DNA of 12,717 nucleotides, taken from Gammaproteobacteria bacterium HGW-Gammaproteobacteria-3. GTDB taxonomy: Bacteria > Pseudomonadota > Gammaproteobacteria > Methylococcales > Methylomonadaceae. Shown one piece after another: positions 7,639 to 12,717 of the stretch (position 1 is the first letter of the stretch; every line of letters starts with the position of its first letter). Under the pieces are notes generated by a model that made no database searches, had not been told where the DNA came from, and worked only from the letters and a program-made list of their open reading frames with translations. The position numbers and the translations under genes are program-made. The stretch is from positions 1-12,717 of the forward strand of contig PGZD01000079.1 in the NCBI GenBank assembly GCA_002843155.1, given 5' to 3'.

Positions 7639-8256
7639 ATGAATCAACAATTGGCAAGAACAACGGTGAGCGCGATCATTTGCGCGAGTTTGCTCACCGG
7701 TTGCGCAACTACACAGGAAAACCAGCAAGCCTGGGGAGCCGGGTTGGGCGCGATTACCGCCGGATTGGCCACGGGATTGGCCACCGGTAATGTCGGTTAC
7801 GGGATTGCCGCTGCGGTAGGCGGCGCGGCCATCGGATGGGGCGCGGTCAAGCTGGCGCAATATAACTCCGAACAGGTGCGCAGCGCTTCTCAGGACCAGG
7901 CCTTGTATGGTTTCACGCCTTCATCGAACGCGACGCTGGTCAAACTACACAAAGGTACGGCGTCTCCCGATACGGTAGCGCCCGGACAGCAGGTGCAAAT
8001 TGCCAGCGATTATTCGTTAGCGGTTCCTGAAGCTCAAAATATGACAGCGGTGCAGGAAAGCTGGACCCTAAAAAAAGATGGTCAAGTTCTTTTTCAGGCC
8101 GACCCGCAGAATGTACAGCGGACAGCCGGGGGGTATGCCGTCAATGCTACCATCCCGATACCCAAAAACGCTTCGGCCGGTACCTATGTCGTTGAAACCC
8201 GCGTGCAGGCAGGCACCAGCAGTGATTTCAACCAGGCCGTCTTTGTCGTTCAGTAA
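7639..8256 (+). CDS. Lipoprotein with N-terminal glycine-zipper region (SlyB/17-kDa-antigen-like) and a C-terminal beta-rich domain of unknown function
   Basis: RBS AAGGAG lies 9 nt upstream. The lipobox is LLTGC (SAIICASLLTGCATTQ). The glycine zipper is GAGLGAITAGLATGLATGNVGYGIAAAVGGAAIGWGAV. The gene is 24 nt downstream of the VWA gene. Confidence 0.8.
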   Translation: MNQQLARTTVSAIICASLLTGCATTQENQQAWGAGLGAITAGLATGLATGNVGYGIAAAVGGAAIGWGAVKLAQYNSEQVRSASQDQALYGFTPSSNATLVKLHKGTASPDTVAPGQQVQIASDYSLAVPEAQNMTAVQESWTLKKDGQVLFQADPQNVQRTAGGYAVNATIPIPKNASAGTYVVETRVQAGTSSDFNQAVFVVQ

Positions 8257-8260
8257 CAGG

Positions 8261-8959
8261 GTGTCGTCAGGCGGGCTATGCTTGATGGTCTGCGCATTCG
8301 GTTATGCCGAACCCGCAGACGCCATTTGCGCCGGTGAAGTCAGCCGGTCAATGGCCGCCGCCTTGCGCATTGAGCAGGAATGGCCATTGAGACCGAGTCA
8401 GGACAGTATCACCCGTTATTTGCAAAATCTGGGAGAGCGTTTGCTGCCTCGCGGCGGTTCCTGGTTAAAGTGGCTTAGGGCGGATGACTGGCCGGCTTCC
8501 GGCTGGTTTTTTTTTACCGTTAGGGATCGTGCGATCAATGCGTTTTCCATTGGCAACGGGCGCATTTATCTGACCGACGGCAGTTTTGATTTTGTCGATA
8601 ACGAAGCTGAATTGGCGGCTATCGTTGCTCATGAAATAGGGCATCAACTGGCCGGACATTTCTGCCAAGCCACGGACCGCACCGGTCGTGAACAAAATTC
8701 CCTGGGTTCTCTGGTGCAGGTTGTCGATATCGAAAAAGAAATGGAAGCCGATGCCATTGCGTTGAAACTTTTAAGTTCGGCCGGTTTCCCGCCGCAGGCC
8801 TTACTGAAAATCATCAGCCGCTTACCGCTGACCGGCAATAGCGCGCAGCAGCGTTTAAGATTGGATAAGTTAAACGAAAAACTGCAAGACGCAAATGTTT
8901 CGCCGCTATTTTCCAGTTCCCGGGTGTTTTTACAGCTCAAAAAGTCATTGCCTCGATAA
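8261..8959 (+). CDS. M48-family zinc metallopeptidase (HExxH plus E-x-EAD third ligand; BepA/YcaL/LoiP-like). Start uncertain
   Basis: Motifs are AIVAHEIGHQLAGH (HExxH) and EKEMEADAIALKLL (M48 EMEAD motif). Candidate starts are GTG 8261 (5 nt after the lipoprotein stop, suggesting translational coupling), TTG 8282 or ATG 8285. The track ORF from 8078 overlaps the lipoprotein gene in another frame and is rejected. The N-terminus (LCLMVCAFGYA) is only weakly signal-peptide-like. Confidence 0.75.
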   Translation: MSSGGLCLMVCAFGYAEPADAICAGEVSRSMAAALRIEQEWPLRPSQDSITRYLQNLGERLLPRGGSWLKWLRADDWPASGWFFFTVRDRAINAFSIGNGRIYLTDGSFDFVDNEAELAAIVAHEIGHQLAGHFCQATDRTGREQNSLGSLVQVVDIEKEMEADAIALKLLSSAGFPPQALLKIISRLPLTGNSAQQRLRLDKLNEKLQDANVSPLFSSSRVFLQLKKSLPR

Positions 8960-8978
8960 CATCAAGGCATGAGCGTTT

Positions 8979-9725
8979 ATGAAATTTAAATTTTTTAAAA
9001 GATCGAGTCAAAAATCATCCTGTCCACTTGTGCAAGTCAGCGCTCTTTCTCATCCGGGACGTGTCCGGGATAATAACGAAGACAGCTTTATACTGTTGCC
9101 CGATTGGGGAGTTTGGGCCATTGCCGACGGCATGGGCGGTCATCAGTGCGGCGAAGTCGCCAGCGCCATCGGCTTGATGGCCTTGCAGCGATCGCTCGTA
9201 GCCGGTGACAATCTGGTGCATTCGATACAAAATGCCCATCAGGCAATCAAAAAGCAAGCCGAGCAGGACACTACAAAAAGTGGCATGGGTACGACGCTGG
9301 TGGCGGTACAAATACACGGGGAAAGTTATCGGGTGGCTTGGGTCGGCGATAGCCGGGCCTATTTATGGCACAATGGCTTGAGGCAATTGACCCGGGATCA
9401 TAGCTATGTGCAAATGCTGCTGGAGCAAGGGCTGATCGATGAGGCCGACGTCCTGACACATCCTTATAAAAATGTCATCACGCAGGCTTTGGGTAGCCTG
9501 GATAAGGAGTCGGTTCAGGTCGAGACGATAGAGGAAAAATGGAAGTCAGGCGCTAACTTGCTGCTGTGCAGCGATGGCTTGAGCAGTCAGTTAAGCGACT
9601 CAGAGATTGCGGCCATTCTGGCAACGGATTGCTGTTTGGAGCAAAAAGCCGGGCAGCTTTTGACACGGGTCTTGGCTAACACGGCTGAAGATAATATCAC
9701 ACTGATCTTATTGGCCTTGCCATGA
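8979..9725 (+). CDS. PP2C-family Ser/Thr protein phosphatase (Stp/PrpC/PppA-like)
   Basis: Motifs are VSALSHPGRVRDNNEDSF, WAIADGMGGHQCGEVAS, GMGTTLVAV, VGDSRAYLW, NVITQALGS and LLCSDGLS, the canonical metal-binding Asp/Gly motifs of bacterial PP2C. The gene is 19 nt downstream of the M48 gene. Confidence 0.9.
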   Translation: MKFKFFKRSSQKSSCPLVQVSALSHPGRVRDNNEDSFILLPDWGVWAIADGMGGHQCGEVASAIGLMALQRSLVAGDNLVHSIQNAHQAIKKQAEQDTTKSGMGTTLVAVQIHGESYRVAWVGDSRAYLWHNGLRQLTRDHSYVQMLLEQGLIDEADVLTHPYKNVITQALGSLDKESVQVETIEEKWKSGANLLLCSDGLSSQLSDSEIAAILATDCCLEQKAGQLLTRVLANTAEDNITLILLALP

Positions 9726-9755
9726 GTCAAGCCGGACTACAAGGATGTTTTGCGT

Positions 9756-10682
9756 TTAAACACATTTCGATATATCCACGCCGGTTTTGTCCAACAGTTC
9801 CCGGCGTAGCTTTTCCGCTTCCGCCACTTTTTGCATCAAGTCCGGTTCCGGACAGTGTTTATCAGTGAAGCGTCTGATACCGCCCGTTTTTCTCTCGTTG
9901 ATAACTTCAACGATGGTCTTCCAGCCAATATCCTTATCATCATTGGCAAAAGCAAACACTAAAGCAAGATCGCATACATTGTTGATCAGTCTGGGTACAC
10001 CGGCGGTGTAATAAAAGATGGCGGCTGACGCCGATTTTTTAAAAATCGGTGTTTGTCTGCCGGCAATGCGCAGTCTGTGCTCGATGTATTGCTCGGTTTC
10101 TTCAAAATTAAGGGGCAAAAGATGATATTCAATGGAAATACGTTGGGCGAACTGTACGAGCTGAGGCTCGTTCAGTTTATCGACCAGTTCGGGTTGTCCG
10201 ACTAAAATCAACTGCAACAGTATTTCTTGCGTTACATTAATGTTGGAGAGCAGCCGGAGTTCTTCCAGTGTTTCGATTTCCATGTTCTGGGCTTCATCGA
10301 CGATCAGGACGACGCGGCGCTTTTTTTGACCTTGTTCGTGGAGAAATTTGACAAAGAGCTGATAACGTTCGGCTTTGTTATTAGTGTTGTGTTCAATATT
10401 GAAAGCCGCCAGAACCCAGGTCAGCAAGTCGCCAAAAGAGCTATGGGTGTTGGTAATGATGCCCACAGTGCACTGTTTTTCAATTTTGTTCAACATGCAG
10501 CGGATTAAAGTGGTCTTGCCTGAACCTATTTCACCGGTAATCACGGTAAAGCCTGCGTGGCTCATAAGTCCGTACTCCAGGGTGGTTAAAGCTTTTCTGT
10601 GTTTAGGGCTTAAAAATAAAAACTCCGGATCGGGAATCAGAGAAAAGGGCTTTTTTTTCAGTCCAAAGAATTGAGTGTACAT
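9756..10682 (-). CDS. ExeA/GspA-family AAA ATPase, short form with cytoplasmic ATPase domain only (MshM / PEP-CTERM-associated ATPase-like)
   Basis: Family signatures are MYTQFFGLKKKPFSLIPDPEFLFLSPKHRKAL, Walker A GEIGSGKTT, Walker B VVLIVDEAQN, ILVGQPEL and AGVPRLINNVCDLAL. No TM segment and no peptidoglycan-binding C-terminal domain are present. I prefer the ATG at 10682 (AAGAGA-like RBS upstream) over the track start at 10700. The gene converges on the PP2C gene across a 30-nt gap. Confidence 0.85.
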   Translation of the reverse strand: MYTQFFGLKKKPFSLIPDPEFLFLSPKHRKALTTLEYGLMSHAGFTVITGEIGSGKTTLIRCMLNKIEKQCTVGIITNTHSSFGDLLTWVLAAFNIEHNTNNKAERYQLFVKFLHEQGQKKRRVVLIVDEAQNMEIETLEELRLLSNINVTQEILLQLILVGQPELVDKLNEPQLVQFAQRISIEYHLLPLNFEETEQYIEHRLRIAGRQTPIFKKSASAAIFYYTAGVPRLINNVCDLALVFAFANDDKDIGWKTIVEVINERKTGGIRRFTDKHCPEPDLMQKVAEAEKLRRELLDKTGVDISKCV

Positions 10683-10934
10683 GCGTTTTTCTCTTACCAA
10701 CTGTGATGAATCATGGAAAAATGCTGATAGTCTATCGGTTAAGTTTTAACTGTTCCTGAATCGAACAGTAGATGATGAATGGAAACACACAGGAGTCCCA
10801 TGATTTTGAGTTAACAGCTTTTTCATTATAGCGTATTCAGTCAGGCCATGCCCTCAGGATAAGGTGTGATTTATGGGCTTAAAAGTGTTGCCATCTCATT
10901 TTTTAGCGCCTCAAGATACTGCAACCGGCAAAAA

Positions 10935-11588
10935 TCATCCAAAAAGTTGCTTTATCAGAGCAGTTACGCTTATCAGCAAATCCTGTTTAGTGTTGTCGAG
11001 TGCGTAGTTATTTTCATAGGTGGAAAAATCTATATTGGCCCGGCTTTGCTTTTTCTTTTTTTGGCTGTGTCGCCGTGCTTGTAATAATTGGCCGCCCGCT
11101 CTTTTCCATTCCATAAGATGAGTGATTTCACCGCTATCGAGCCAGATGCCATGCGCCGGACAACGGTCTATAATAACGCCGCTGCGGTGACCAAAATTAA
11201 TGCGGCTCATGAAGTTTTGGCATACCGGACATTTGATATACTTTGTTTTCTGCTGAGCCTGAAAACGGTCGGCATTGATGTTGACCAGATGTTTGCGGTT
11301 GATAGTGAACGTTGCAGCTACCGAACTTTCCAAAAACCGTTCTATTTCATCTGGATCAAAAAATAAACCGTAACAGCTCCCGCAGCGTTCGATCAAAAAT
11401 TCTTTTTGTGGATCGAGGCTGATAGTTTGTAAAGCTTCATCGCAATGCGGACAGATGCGATTTGAAGCATCGTTGTATAAAGCGTAATCGAACTTGCCGG
11501 TCAGATCAACATCATTGCGCACACCGCAATAACGACATCGATTGGTATTGGCTAAAAGTGGTGCGGAACAACTGTTGCAGCGCGCCAT
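10935..11588 (-). CDS. Zinc-ribbon protein with an N-terminal CxxC..CxxC pair and two zf-TFIIB-type modules (YdjG-like)
   Basis: The N-terminal ribbon is CNSC..CRYC. Module 1 is CPHC..CGSCYGLFFDPDEIE and module 2 is CPVC..IDRCPAHGIWLDSGEITHL, matching the zf-TFIIB pattern CPxC-x(15-20)-CxxCxGxWxDxGE. The C-terminus is basic (KKKKQSR). The start ATG at 11588 lies 3 nt after the stop of the upstream SPFH gene. Confidence 0.8.
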   Translation of the reverse strand: MARCNSCSAPLLANTNRCRYCGVRNDVDLTGKFDYALYNDASNRICPHCDEALQTISLDPQKEFLIERCGSCYGLFFDPDEIERFLESSVAATFTINRKHLVNINADRFQAQQKTKYIKCPVCQNFMSRINFGHRSGVIIDRCPAHGIWLDSGEITHLMEWKRAGGQLLQARRHSQKKKKQSRANIDFSTYENNYALDNTKQDLLISVTALIKQLFG

Positions 11589-11591
11589 GGC

Positions 11592-12605
11592 TCACCAACT
11601 GTCGAGGATGTTTTTTTTCCGGGCACTGTATTCATCAACGGTTATCAATCCGGCATCGTGCATTTTTTTCAATTCGAGCAGTTTTTTCATCAGATCGGTT
11701 GCCTCTTGTCTCGATTCGACCGAAATACCTTTGGATAAGGATTGCGCCATGCTTTGGCCCAAACCCATGCCGGCCCCCATGCCCATGCCTAAACCGGCGC
11801 CACCGCCTTCATTTCGAGCCGCTTCGAGCATTGCTTCAAGTTGCTGCAATTGGGCATAATTAATGCCAACGGCTTGAGCCGCCTGGGCTTCTGCGGTCAG
11901 GTCGGCGATGCGGTTAATGCGTCTTAAAGTATCATCGTCAAACTGGGTGCCTTCAATTCGAAAATCAGTCAGCTTAAAACCCAGCTCGTGAAAAACGCTG
12001 GACAGTTTGTTTTGCATACCGTGTCCGATTTCTTCACGGTTGGCGTCAATATCGGCATAGCTAAATTTATTTTCCGCAAGATAGTCAGCCAGCGGGTGTA
12101 GAATGCGCGCAGACATAATGTTGCGGAAATCTTCGTTATAAAAATCGTTTTGACTACCGACGATGTGGGTAAAAAAATTGATCGCATCCTGAATCCGGTA
12201 GCTGTAATTCCCGAATGCCTTTAAGCCTATGGGAAACCGGTATTTTGGGTCTTCATATTTTATGGTTGAGGTAGTACCCCATTTTTGATCAAGCTGCGTT
12301 GTTTTTTTGAAGAAATAAATGCCGACTTTATGTTCACTTTCAAAAAACTGCATGAATTTTTTGACCGTGGTCCAGAAGGGGATATTAGCCGTATTCAGCT
12401 CAATCAGACCTTCTTCCTGAAGCACGGCTTTTACCTCTCCTTCGTAAACGAAAATACAGCCCTGACCTGGACCTACAATCAGTTTGGAAGCGTTTTTGAT
12501 TTCATCGCCATTCTCCGTCCATCGCTGAAACAATGCGTCGGGATGCGGGCTATGCCATTCAATAACCGAACGAAGTTGTCGTTTGATGCCGTCAAAAAGC
12601 GCCAT
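11592..12605 (-). CDS. SPFH/Band_7_1-family protein with Gly/Met-rich linker and C-terminal SHOCT domain (YdjI-like)
   Basis: The N-terminus MALFDGIKRQLRSVIEWHSPHPDALFQRWTENGDEIKNASKLIVGPGQGCIFV matches the YdjI-type SPFH family signature (VIEW...D.LF.RW...EIKN.SKLIV.PGQ). The linker EGGGAGLGMGMGAGMGLGQS is at nt 11754-11810. The SHOCT-like tail is QEATDLMKKLLELKKMHDAGLITVDEYSARKKNIL. I prefer the ATG at 12605 (GAGG 7-8 nt upstream) over the track start at 12653. Confidence 0.85.
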   Translation of the reverse strand: MALFDGIKRQLRSVIEWHSPHPDALFQRWTENGDEIKNASKLIVGPGQGCIFVYEGEVKAVLQEEGLIELNTANIPFWTTVKKFMQFFESEHKVGIYFFKKTTQLDQKWGTTSTIKYEDPKYRFPIGLKAFGNYSYRIQDAINFFTHIVGSQNDFYNEDFRNIMSARILHPLADYLAENKFSYADIDANREEIGHGMQNKLSSVFHELGFKLTDFRIEGTQFDDDTLRRINRIADLTAEAQAAQAVGINYAQLQQLEAMLEAARNEGGGAGLGMGMGAGMGLGQSMAQSLSKGISVESRQEATDLMKKLLELKKMHDAGLITVDEYSARKKNILDSW

Positions 12606-12717
12606 GTTTAGCCTCGCTATTAAGTTGAATCGTACAGAGGCCATGCTGAGCAAAGGAATAGCCTCTCAAAAGAATTGGTTTTATAATGAAAAAAAGTATA
12701 GTCAAAATTTGCAGGAG

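Noticed and set aside
8078-8959. Long 293-aa ORF giving the M48 protease a 60-aa N-terminal extension
   Set aside because: The extension overlaps the lipoprotein gene (7639-8256) in another frame and has no RBS. The real start is almost certainly downstream (8261-8285).
2453-9725. Interpretation as a type VI secretion regulatory cluster (Fha/PpkA/PppA)
   Set aside because: The FHA/kinase/PP2C/VWA domain set is T6SS-like, but no Tss structural genes (TssB/C, Hcp, VgrG, ClpV and so on) occur in the 12.7 kb. Also, the FHA domains are fused to an ABC exporter, not a stand-alone Fha protein.
10866-11084. 72-aa plus-strand ORF spanning the intergenic region and the Zn-ribbon gene 3' end
   Set aside because: It is hydrophobic and low-complexity, has no RBS and overlaps the minus-strand gene. 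It is likely spurious.
11462-11863. Plus-strand ORFs 11462..11863 and 11542..11859 (Cys/Pro-rich translations)
   Set aside because: They are antisense to the well-supported SPFH/Zn-ribbon genes. They are products of GC-rich Gly/Met/Ala codon runs read on the wrong strand and show no protein-family features.
12671-12717. Minus-strand TTGACT / TATAAA promoter-like hexamers upstream of the SPFH gene
   Set aside because: The spacer is only 13-14 nt, too short for a canonical sigma70 promoter. The real promoter may lie beyond the window edge.

Overview
This 12.7-kb window has about 50% GC and reads like Gram-negative chromosomal DNA, probably gammaproteobacterial; the lineage cannot be fixed without a database search. 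Left to right: (1) an N-terminal fragment of an IS1182/IS5-superfamily transposase (+, about 181-520) that abuts and overlaps the 3' end of (2) an EAL-CBS-GGDEF c-di-GMP turnover protein (436-2250, -). (3) An AT-rich divergent intergenic region of about 200 bp with a plausible sigma70-like promoter. (4) A tightly packed six-gene plus-strand operon (2453-9725): a tandem-FHA/ABC(NBD)/ABC-2(TMD) exporter, a Hanks Ser/Thr kinase with an N-terminal C4 zinc ribbon, one TM helix and a Pro/Lys/Ala-rich tail, a secreted VWA (MIDAS) protein, a glycine-zipper lipoprotein, an M48 HExxH/EMEAD metallopeptidase, and a PP2C phosphatase. (5) A convergent short ExeA/GspA-family AAA ATPase (9756-10682, -). (6) A minus-strand pair 3 nt apart: an SPFH(Band_7_1)-SHOCT protein and a tandem zf-TFIIB zinc-ribbon protein (10935-12605), resembling the Bacillus YdjI/YdjG membrane-stress module. 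I saw no rRNA, tRNA or CRISPR array. The strongest candidate for an undescribed system is the FHA-ABC/STK/VWA/lipoprotein/M48/PP2C operon. It combines the mycobacterial Rv1747-PknF logic (an FHA-ABC exporter regulated by a Hanks kinase) with the T6SS-style PpkA/PppA/Fha threonine-phosphorylation triad, yet carries no secretion-apparatus genes. It looks like a self-contained, reversibly phospho-regulated envelope export/sensing cassette.
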